In this document: positions 36,310 through 43,753 of the stretch, piece by piece
Layout of the letters: every line of letters begins with the position of its first letter
Numbering within the stretch: the stretch's first letter is position 1
Source: an uncultured Desulfobacteraceae bacterium
GTDB taxonomy: Bacteria; Desulfobacterota; DSM-4660; Desulfatiglandales; HGW-15
NCBI GenBank assembly: GCA_964580575.1
Contig: CAZOLJ010000006.1
Location: 825 to 64,824 of the forward strand
Direction of reading: 5' to 3'
Length of the DNA: 64,000 nucleotides
Position numbers and translations under genes: made by a program
The notes under the pieces: generated by a model
Told to the model about the DNA's origin: nothing
The model's input: only the letters and a program-made list of their open reading frames with translations
Database searches by the model: none

Positions 36310-38228
36310 GAATCGCTCTTGTTGGACAACCGAATTGCGGAAAAAGCGCTCTCTTCAACAGCGTGGCCGGATACAAGACCATCGCCTCCAACTTTCCGGG
36401 CACCACAGTGGATTGTGTTACAAGCCCGGTCAAATTGAACGGGGACAGCTTCACGCTAGTCGATTTGCCTGGGATTTATTCTGTTTCCTCTTCAGAAAGA
36501 GAGGAGATCTTGGCTCGCCGGTACCTCATCAAGGAGAGACCGGACTTGGTGATCAATATCCTGGATGCGTCCGTGCTGTCCAGGAGCCTCGAACTGACCC
36601 TTGAGCTTCTGGAGCTCAATTTCCCTCTGGTCATCTGCCTGAATATGATCGACGAAGCAGAAAAGAAGGGCGTGGAGATCGACGTGGGCCACCTGTCCCA
36701 GGAGTTAGGAGTCCCTGTGATTCCCACCATCGCGATTCGAGGGCAAGGAGTTCCGGAGCTCTTCCAGTCAGCCCTGGAGACGGCGAAAAGAGGAACTGCA
36801 GGCACGATTCATTTTCTGTCCCTGGATGTGGAGCGCGTGATTTCGGAACTCGCGGATCTTCTTGGGGTTGCCACAGCAAGGAGGCTGGGAGTGCCCCAGA
36901 GGTTCCTGGCCATTCGGTTGCTTGAACAGGACGAGGAGTTCGAGCAAGCCGTGCGAGTAATCAACCCCGGTATCATGGGCGACGTCGAACGCTTACGAAG
37001 CATGCTATCCGAGTGCCACGGAAGGCCTTCGGACATGGTGGTGTCGTCGGAACGGCATTCCCTGGCCATGAACCTTTTTGAGCACGTGGCCAAAGTCAAA
37101 CCACGAGGTGCAAAGCCTTTCAGGGAGCAAATCGACAAATACCTCATGCATCCTTACCTGGGGTATGCGCTTCTAGGGGCAATCCTCTTCTCCTTTTTCT
37201 GGATGGTTTTCAGTCTTGGCAAGCACATCGAAGAACCGATCCTCTCCTTGTTTGAGCAATTCGCAGCTTACCTGGGGGTGCACCTCAGCAAGGAGTCCCT
37301 TCTGTTCACCGTCCTCAATGGGTTGATCCAGGGCTTTTCGGGGGGCATTGGAATCGTCTTGCCTTACCTGATCCCCTTTCTCTTTGGACTTTCCCTGCTG
37401 GAAGACATTGGATACCTTCCAAGGGCCGCTTTCCTCATGGATTCCATTATGCACAGCATCGGGCTCCACGGGAAATCCATCATTCCCTTTGTACTGAGCT
37501 ACGGCTGCAATGTTCCTGCGATCATGGGCGTGAGAATCATGGAAAGGGCCAGGGACCGTTTTATCACTGCCGTTCTCGTCACCCTCATTCCCTGCGCTGC
37601 GCGGACGACCGTCATCTTCGCCCTGGTGGCTTTTTATCTCGGACCTCTTAAGGCGCTCTTGCTTTATGTTCTCAACGTCGTGGTCATCGCAGCGTCAGGC
37701 AAGATCCTTTCACGCTTCATGCCCGAGGTCTCCCCAGGGATGATCCTCGAAATGCCGAGCTACAGGTTACCGCAGTTCTCAGCCGTGATGCGGAAGGTTT
37801 GGTTCCGCCTCCGGGAATTTATCCTGATCGCCTGGCCTATTCTGATTGCGGGAAGCGTCATTCTCAGTCTCCTAGAGTACTTCCAGCTCGCTGAGCGCAT
37901 CAACGGGGTCCTCTCTTTTTTCACCAGCGGGCTGCTGGGCCTTCCTTCGGCAGTGGGCATCACCCTTATCTTCGGCATTTTGAGAAAGGAGCTGGCGATT
38001 ATCATGCTTGTCCAGGCTCTTGGAACAAGCACCTTTTCCTCCGTCATGACAGAGGAACAAATGATGGTTTTCACGGTCTTCAGTCTATTCTACATCCCCT
38101 GTCTTGCAACACTGGGCATGTTGCGCTCCACCATCGGTAACCGGGGCATGCTTTTTACCCTGTTTTTTACCACCGCCATCGGCACCCTGATGGCCCTCGG
38201 CTTCCGGGCTCTTTACTGGGCCTCCTGA
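36306..38228 (+). CDS. feoB: Ferrous iron transporter FeoB
   Basis: N-terminal G-domain 'ALVGQPNCGKSALFN', 'DLPG.YS' and 'NM.DEA', followed by a polytopic membrane domain; 640 aa. Confidence 0.95.
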   Translation: MRIALVGQPNCGKSALFNSVAGYKTIASNFPGTTVDCVTSPVKLNGDSFTLVDLPGIYSVSSSEREEILARRYLIKERPDLVINILDASVLSRSLELTLELLELNFPLVICLNMIDEAEKKGVEIDVGHLSQELGVPVIPTIAIRGQGVPELFQSALETAKRGTAGTIHFLSLDVERVISELADLLGVATARRLGVPQRFLAIRLLEQDEEFEQAVRVINPGIMGDVERLRSMLSECHGRPSDMVVSSERHSLAMNLFEHVAKVKPRGAKPFREQIDKYLMHPYLGYALLGAILFSFFWMVFSLGKHIEEPILSLFEQFAAYLGVHLSKESLLFTVLNGLIQGFSGGIGIVLPYLIPFLFGLSLLEDIGYLPRAAFLMDSIMHSIGLHGKSIIPFVLSYGCNVPAIMGVRIMERARDRFITAVLVTLIPCAARTTVIFALVAFYLGPLKALLLYVLNVVVIAASGKILSRFMPEVSPGMILEMPSYRLPQFSAVMRKVWFRLREFILIAWPILIAGSVILSLLEYFQLAERINGVLSFFTSGLLGLPSAVGITLIFGILRKELAIIMLVQALGTSTFSSVMTEEQMMVFTVFSLFYIPCLATLGMLRSTIGNRGMLFTLFFTTAIGTLMALGFRALYWAS

Positions 38229-38236
38229 GAAACAGA

Positions 38237-38256
38237 AAGGCCCCTTTCGGGGCCTT
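38237..38256. terminator. Hairpin terminator shared by convergent feoB and the hdrD-like gene
   Basis: AAGGCCCC-TTTC-GGGGCCTT, a perfect 8-bp stem between convergent stops. Weak T-runs on both sides. Confidence 0.65.
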
Positions 38257-38290
38257 ATGCTTCTTTGGAATTTGAAGAGAAGTCTTGCGG

Positions 38291-39604
38291 CTATTCTTCT
38301 TCCTCCTCTTCCCCCTCCTCGTCAAAAACGATCTCATCCCTTTCGTACTGGGCATCCCTCAGGGCATGAGCTTTTTCCACTTCCTCTTGGCTCCAGGGCT
38401 CCACGATGAGCGAGTCGGCCACGAGCTCCCACAGGTATTTGGTCTCGATGTCCAGGCCGAATTCCTTGGTTAGGCCTTTCATGATCTGGTCGCGACAGTT
38501 GTGGCAGGGCGCAATGACCAGTTTCGCTCCTGTGTCCTTGATCTGTTGGGCCTTAACCCTTCCGTAGTAAATCCTCTCGTCCGAATAGGGCATGGCCCAT
38601 GCTCCGCCGCCGGCTCCGCAGCAGTAGTTGTTCATCCGGTTGGGGTCCATGTCGACAAAACGCTCGCAGCACTGCTGGGTGATCCACCTCGGCTCTTCAA
38701 AGTAGCCGTGACCGAAAGCTTTCTGACTCTTCCTGCCATAGTTGCAGGGATCATGCACGGTCGCGAGTTCCTCATGGATCGTTTTATCCAATTTGATTCT
38801 TCCCGTCTCGATGTATTCTTTGAGAAGATCGTGAACGGAGACGACCTTGTATTTCTTGAAAACTTCGGGATACCAGTTTTGCAGACCAAGCCTGGTCGCA
38901 TAGTAGGCGTGCCCTCACTCCGGCAAAAGGAGCGTCTTGCACTCCAGCCTTTCCATGTGTTCGACGATGCGGCCCACGAGCGTCTTCATGGACTCGTCAT
39001 CGCCCGAGAAGAGGCCCCAGTTCACTCCCTCCCAGTTGTAGGAGGGCACGGTCCAGTCCTCCTTGGCCGCATAAAAAATGCGCCACCAGAATTTCATGTC
39101 ATCGGGCTCGCCGAAAGGCTCCTTGGAATTGACGGTGATCAGCACATTGGCACCCTTTTTGTCCACAGGCACATAGAACCCTGGGAAACCATCCGCTTCA
39201 AGCTCTTTGCCCAGGTCGGCGAGAAGAAAAAGGAAATCCGCCTTGGGAATCCCAAGGTTGTTCCCCCTGTTCAGATCCATGACCACGCCCTTGTGGATAG
39301 GGCCGGGGACCTTGTCTCTCGCGCGAAGGGTCCTGGCCCTTCGCATCATCTTGAGGATTTCCACGCCCTGGGGACAGGCGTATTCGCAACGGCCGCACAG
39401 GGTGCAGATCCAGGGGAACCTCGAATCAATGAGCTCCTGGTCCAATCCCAGGGCAGCCATACGCACGGCCTTACGCGGGTCCATGTTGTCGACGCCGGTA
39501 ACCGGGCAACCGCTGGCGCAGGTGCCGCAGGTGAAACAGACATCCGCCCACTCGGGAGACACTCTCAGTTTGCTTTCTTTACGGTTAATCACAACGGGTT
39601 CCAT
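38291..39604 (-). CDS. HdrD/DsrK/GlpC-like Fe-S (CCG-domain) oxidoreductase with selenocysteine (UGA at 38915-38917 recoded)
   Basis: Track ORFs 38915-39604 and 38291-38791 are in one frame. Translating through gives '...KTLLLPE-U-GHAYYATRLGLQNWYPEVF...'. The N-terminus has 2x[4Fe-4S] (CxxCxxCxxxCP); the C-terminus has 'NYCCGAGGG' and 'PCHNC' (CCG domain). Hairpin GACCA-GGCU-UGGUC lies 17 nt after the UGA (plus coordinates 38884-38897). Acidic poly-E tail. Confidence 0.8.
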
Positions 39605-39701
39605 TCAGTTCCTCCTTTTCCTAATAACATCCCAGCCCTGCAAACACCCTACGCCTTCATTGCGCGGTGTCTCTTGAGGGCGCGGAGCAAAAAACAGCAT
39701 G

Positions 39702-40091
39702 CTAACGGCTCAGGAATTTCTTGATCTGCGCAAGAAGTTTTTCTTTGTCCACGGGTTTGTCAAAAAAGGCGTCAGGGCTGAAGTACTCGTCGTCCCTCTC
39801 CTTTTCATATCGGACCCCCAACTCGTCCGCCATGCCTGAAATCCCGATGACGGGGGTGTTCTTGAGATCAGGGTCTGTTTTGATCCGCTTGCAGACTTCA
39901 AAACCCGAATACAAGGTCTCCATCATCACATCGAGCAGGACGAGGTCCGGATGCTCTTTTTGAGCCAATTCGACACCCTTCTTCCCGTCTTGTGCGGTCA
40001 GTGTTGCGAAACCATTGCGTTTCAAAAATGTTTCGGTGGTGAAAAGGAAATCGGGGTTGTCATCGATGATTAAAATCTTTTTAGATCCCAT
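39702..40091 (-). CDS. Single-domain response regulator (receiver)
   Basis: 'ILIIDDNPD...LLDVMME...K' receiver; 129 aa. Confidence 0.85.
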   Translation of the reverse strand: MGSKKILIIDDNPDFLFTTETFLKRNGFATLTAQDGKKGVELAQKEHPDLVLLDVMMETLYSGFEVCKRIKTDPDLKNTPVIGISGMADELGVRYEKERDDEYFSPDAFFDKPVDKEKLLAQIKKFLSR

Positions 40092-40130
40092 ATTCCTTCC
40101 TCTCTTTTTTCGACACAGACGACCAACGTC

Positions 40131-40982
40131 CTAGTATTCGGAGGGCATTTGTTTGAGCTGCGCCAGAGAAAAGACCGGTCCGTCCTTGCACACGTACTGG
40201 TCTCCAATGTTGCAGCGACCGCAAATGCCGACGCCGCATTTCATGCGCATTTCCAGAGAGAGAATAATCCGCTCCGGGGGAAACCCCAGTTTCTCCAACA
40301 CGGGTTGAGTGAACTTGATCATGACCGGCGGTCCGCACACAATGGCAATGGCGTTTTCCGCGTTCTTAATTTTTCGCTCCGTAATGGTGGGCACAAATCC
40401 CACGTTGTATTTCCAATTCGGATCATTCGTGCTGTCCACGGTGATGTGCATGTGAATGTCGTCCCTCTGCTCCCAGACAGCGAGTTCCTCCTTGTAAAGG
40501 AGCATTCCCGGGCTTCGGGCTCCGTACACCACCATGATGTCCTTGAATCGCGACCGGTTGTCCGGATGAAGCATGTAGACAATGCTGGAGCGAAGGGTGG
40601 TGAAAGCGAAACCGCCGCCCACGATGACCACATTCCTTCCCTCCATCTCCTCCCAGGGGTACCAGTTTCCCAGAGGGCCACGGATCCCCATCACTTCGCC
40701 CTCTTTCATGTTGTGAAGGTAGGTGGTCACCTGGCCGACCTTGTTCACGGTAAAGGCGACAAATCCCTTTTCCGTCGGGGAGGAGGCGATGCCGATCGGG
40801 ATCTCCCCTTTCCCTGCGATGGAGAGCTCTGCAAACTGACCCGGAGTATAGGCGAACTTCCTTTCGTCCTCAGGATCAAGGAAAACGAACCTGAAAGTCT
40901 TCAGGTTCTTGTCTTCGGTCTCCGTGACGATCTTGTCGATTCGGACCGGGTAAGGAAGATAGGGATTTTGCATCAGACTCAT
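40131..40982 (-). CDS. FAD/NAD(P)-binding oxidoreductase with C-terminal 2Fe-2S (PyrK/AsrB/FlxA-like)
   Basis: Ferredoxin-reductase fold ('PGQF..L', 'GPLG', 'V.GGGFA') and C-terminal 'MKCGVGICGRCN'. The start may be the internal Met at 40973. Confidence 0.8.
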   Translation of the reverse strand: MSLMQNPYLPYPVRIDKIVTETEDKNLKTFRFVFLDPEDERKFAYTPGQFAELSIAGKGEIPIGIASSPTEKGFVAFTVNKVGQVTTYLHNMKEGEVMGIRGPLGNWYPWEEMEGRNVVIVGGGFAFTTLRSSIVYMLHPDNRSRFKDIMVVYGARSPGMLLYKEELAVWEQRDDIHMHITVDSTNDPNWKYNVGFVPTITERKIKNAENAIAIVCGPPVMIKFTQPVLEKLGFPPERIILSLEMRMKCGVGICGRCNIGDQYVCKDGPVFSLAQLKQMPSEY

Positions 40983-40996
40983 ACTCCTTCTTCAAT

Positions 40997-41100
40997 CTGG
41001 AGTGATGGAGTGATGGAGTAGTGGAGTGTTGGGTTGAACAATTCAAGAAACCATCGATGACCTTCCATCACTCCAGTGCTCCAATACTCCAGTGCTCCAT
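40997..41100. repeat. Intercistronic hairpin element A built from degenerate 8-nt tandem repeats (TGGAGYRN)
   Basis: Left arm 40997-41033 is CTGGAGTGATGGAGTGATGGAGTAGTGGAGTGTTGGG. Right arm 41065-41100 is CCATCACTCCAGTGCTCCAATACTCCAGTGCTCCAT (inverted copies). 31-nt spacer. Confidence 0.6.
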
Positions 41101-41102
41101 TC

Positions 41103-42140
41103 TTAGTATCCATTCATCAATTCAAACACTTTTCGAATATCGATGTTGACAGGACAAAACTGAACACATCGCCCGCACCCGACGCATGCCGGCCCGTTCC
41201 TATACTTGTCTGCGTAATACTTCAGCTTGTGCATAAACCGCTGCCGGACCCGTTGGAGCTTTTTGTCCCGGGGATTGTGGCCGGACCCGTGCAGGGTGAA
41301 GAGCGGAAACATGCAGGCGTCCCAATTCCGGATCCTGTCCCCTTCTTTTCGGTAGACTTCGTCCTGGATGTCAAAGCACCAGCAGGTGGGACAAAGAAAC
41401 GTGCAGGTTCCGCAGTTGATGCACGCAAAAGAGACCCTCTCCCAGAAAGGGGCATTGAAAAGCTCATTGACCACTTTTCCCCGAAGCTGCTCCGTGGGCA
41501 CCTTGGAGGAGATTTTTTTCTCCGCCGCTCGGGGAAGGCTTAACGCCTTCTTGAGGAGAGCATCGTCGGCCTCTGTTCCGAAATCGACCTTTTCCAGGAA
41601 AGCCTCGCCCTTGGGCGTGAGGCTTCTCACCAGGTAACGGTCGCCCAGGTCGACCATGAGCGCATCCAGGCCTTTCTCGCTGAAGGGGCCGTTTCCCACA
41701 GAGGTGCAAAAGCAGGAGGCACAGGGGTCGTTGCAGCTGAAGCCGACAAGGGTGGTGGACTCCATGCGGCGGACCCACCACGGGTCTTGGAACTGAGGAT
41801 TGTCGAAATTGATCCTCACCAATTCAAAAGCAAAAGCGTCACAAGGCCTTATTCCCACGATCACCTGGGGAGAGAAGTCCTTCGCCGCTTCCTTGACGAC
41901 GTGCGCGTCCTCTTTGCTCTCGTCCAGAGTGTACTCGAACATCCGCTCTGACTGCGGAAGGATAACCGACTTCGGGGAAAGCCTGGTGTTCTGGAACTCA
42001 AAATTGGGCTTTCGACCGTTTTCCAGAAGCCTGAAGTTGTGGAAGTCCCCTTCCTTCACGGGGACAAACACCTTGTAAGCGCTTTGCAACCCTCTCAGTG
42101 CCTCAGTCCACTTTTCCTTGCTAAATGACTTTTTAAGCAT
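41103..42140 (-). CDS. 4Fe-4S dicluster protein (AsrA/FlxB-like)
   Basis: 'CINCGTCTFLCPTCWC' and 'CVGCGRCVQFCPVNI'. ATG at 42140; the track ORF start at 42254 reads through repeat element B. Confidence 0.7.
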   Translation of the reverse strand: MLKKSFSKEKWTEALRGLQSAYKVFVPVKEGDFHNFRLLENGRKPNFEFQNTRLSPKSVILPQSERMFEYTLDESKEDAHVVKEAAKDFSPQVIVGIRPCDAFAFELVRINFDNPQFQDPWWVRRMESTTLVGFSCNDPCASCFCTSVGNGPFSEKGLDALMVDLGDRYLVRSLTPKGEAFLEKVDFGTEADDALLKKALSLPRAAEKKISSKVPTEQLRGKVVNELFNAPFWERVSFACINCGTCTFLCPTCWCFDIQDEVYRKEGDRIRNWDACMFPLFTLHGSGHNPRDKKLQRVRQRFMHKLKYYADKYRNGPACVGCGRCVQFCPVNIDIRKVFELMNGY

Positions 42141-42152
42141 AACGCGAATCCT

Positions 42153-42254
42153 TAGGAGTATTGAATGCTGGAGTATTGGAGTCCTGGAGTGCTGGAGTAG
42201 TGGTGGAATAAAGAAAAAGAGAATATCCAGTACTCCAAGACTCCAGCAATCCAA
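42153..42254. repeat. Intercistronic hairpin element B (TGGAGYRN tandem repeats plus inverted copies)
   Basis: Left 42153-42206: TAGGAGTATTGAATGCTGGAGTATTGGAGTCCTGGAGTGCTGGAGTAGTGGTGG. Right 42227-42257: CCAGTACTCCAAGACTCCAGCAATCCAATCA. Confidence 0.6.
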
Positions 42255-43205
42255 TCATTTGACAAAGTCGTTATAGTCGTCCACTCGGTAAACATCCAGA
42301 GGCGGCCGCTGATCCATGCGGGTTCCGGCCTCCCAGCCGAAGAGCTCAAAAGCATCCTTGTTCAGCTTTTTGGTGAACGGCCTCATGGAGATCCCCACGG
42401 GGCAAACCCGTTCGCAAGCCCCGCAGTCCGTGCACCTTCCGGCACAATGGTAGGCTCGCAAAAAATGAAAGGTCATGGTGTCTACAGGGTCCGTGCTCTT
42501 CCCCACCCACTGGGGCCGCGACTCATCAACAAAGCAGGTCGGACAGTAGCAGAGAGGGCAGGCGTTCCGGCACGCGTAGCATCTGAGGCAGGATGAAATG
42601 AGCTGAGTGAAAAACTTCCGTTTTTCCTCGGGGCTCTTTCTCTCCAACACGTCAACGTCTTTGAAGGCGTTGACGCCCTCTTGTTCCGGCACCGGGTCGG
42701 CGACCATCTCGTCGTATTCCACAGGGTTCCGATGAAGGCAAGTGGAGCAATTGGTCCTCAAGAAATCTTTTTTCTTGAAGGTCTCCTGAAAACCGTTTCC
42801 GCTCACCGTGAAGGAGTCCTTGCTTTCAGTGACCTCCAAAATTTCTTTATTCCCCATCGTCCTCTTCACGGCTCGGTGGTCGATCATGCCGGTGCAGGGA
42901 ACGCCCACGATGTAAAGCTGTTCCCGCTTAATCTGGTTTTCGATGATGTGGGTCACGATGCTTCTGGAATTGCATCCATTGGCCACAATTCCGACGCGGT
43001 CGGTGCGCTTAGTCAGATAATTGCAGAGGTTCAGACCACAGTGGCTGTCCCAGTGAAGCAGGTCCACCTCCGCAGGATGCTTGATCAGCACCGGTTCATT
43101 CATCATGGGCACTGAGCCCTTCTGGTAGCCGATGAAAACGTCGACGGTTCCCTTCTCCAGGAGCTTTCGAGCGATGTCTCTGATTTTCTGAGTATACTCA
43201 AGCAT
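42255..43205 (-). CDS. FrhB/FdhB-N-terminal-like Fe-S protein (FlxC-like)
   Basis: 'CLRCYACRNACPLCYCPTCF' and 'CTDCGACERVCPVGI' with an N-terminal FrhB-like region. ATG overlaps the mvhD stop (TGATG). Confidence 0.7.
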   Translation of the reverse strand: MLEYTQKIRDIARKLLEKGTVDVFIGYQKGSVPMMNEPVLIKHPAEVDLLHWDSHCGLNLCNYLTKRTDRVGIVANGCNSRSIVTHIIENQIKREQLYIVGVPCTGMIDHRAVKRTMGNKEILEVTESKDSFTVSGNGFQETFKKKDFLRTNCSTCLHRNPVEYDEMVADPVPEQEGVNAFKDVDVLERKSPEEKRKFFTQLISSCLRCYACRNACPLCYCPTCFVDESRPQWVGKSTDPVDTMTFHFLRAYHCAGRCTDCGACERVCPVGISMRPFTKKLNKDAFELFGWEAGTRMDQRPPLDVYRVDDYNDFVK

Positions 43206-43636
43206 CAAACCACCTCAGCTCTTTTCTTAACAAGATAAGTTGCCTGACCGGTCTCCTTAACCGCCTTGATGACTTCGGTGGCAACCTCCACGAACTTCGT
43301 TGCTTCGGCAGAGGAAATCCACGAAAAGTGCAGCCTTCCCGGTTCCATCCCCACATGCTCGATCAGATTCTTGAACAGAGCGAACTTGCGTCTTGCGAAG
43401 TAATTACCTTCCAGGTAATGGCAGTCGCCCGGGTGTCACCCGGAAACCCAGACGCCGTCGGCGCCGTGCCGGAAGGCGGCGAGGATGAATTTGGGGCTCA
43501 CCCGGGCAGAGCAGGGCACCCGAATGACCCGGATATTGGATGGGTACTGGAAGCGGCTGACCCCTGCCAGGTCTGCCGCGCCATAGCTGCACCAGTTGCA
43601 CAAGAATGCAGTTATCTTAGGTTGCCAATCGTTCAT
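43205..43636 (-). CDS. mvhD: MvhD/FlxD-like protein with selenocysteine (UGA at 43436-43438 recoded)
   Basis: The track ORF ends at '...[10 protein letters not shown]'. Read-through gives '[23 protein letters not shown]...' to TGA at 43205. The Cys paralogue at 12848 has 'GVYVAGCLEGDCHF'. Hairpin AUUACCU-GGA-AGGUAAU lies 16 nt after the UGA (plus 43403-43419). Confidence 0.8.
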
Positions 43637-43654
43637 AGATAGCTCCTCAGCTCA

Positions 43655-43749
43655 AGAGTGACAAGTGACGAGTGACAAGTGACAAGTGACAAGCAACGAA
43701 GGCCAAAATCAAGATCCACAGACTCTCGTGACTTGTGACTTGTCACTCT
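43655..43749. repeat. Intercistronic hairpin element C built from 7-nt tandem repeats (GTGACRA)
   Basis: Left 43655-43694: AGAGTGACAAGTGACGAGTGACAAGTGACAAGTGACAAGC. Right 43725-43749: CTCGTGACTTGTGACTTGTCACTCT. The outer 12 bp (43655-43666 with 43738-43749) are perfectly complementary. Confidence 0.6.
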
Positions 43750-43753
43750 CTTC

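Noticed and set aside
43655-43749. Possible CRISPR array, because of the regularly spaced GTGACAA repeats (similarly at 40997-41100, 42153-42254 and 62983-63076).
   Set aside because: The units are only 7-8 nt, directly abutting with no spacers, and are mirrored by inverted copies. No cas genes are present. I treated them as hairpin repeat elements instead.
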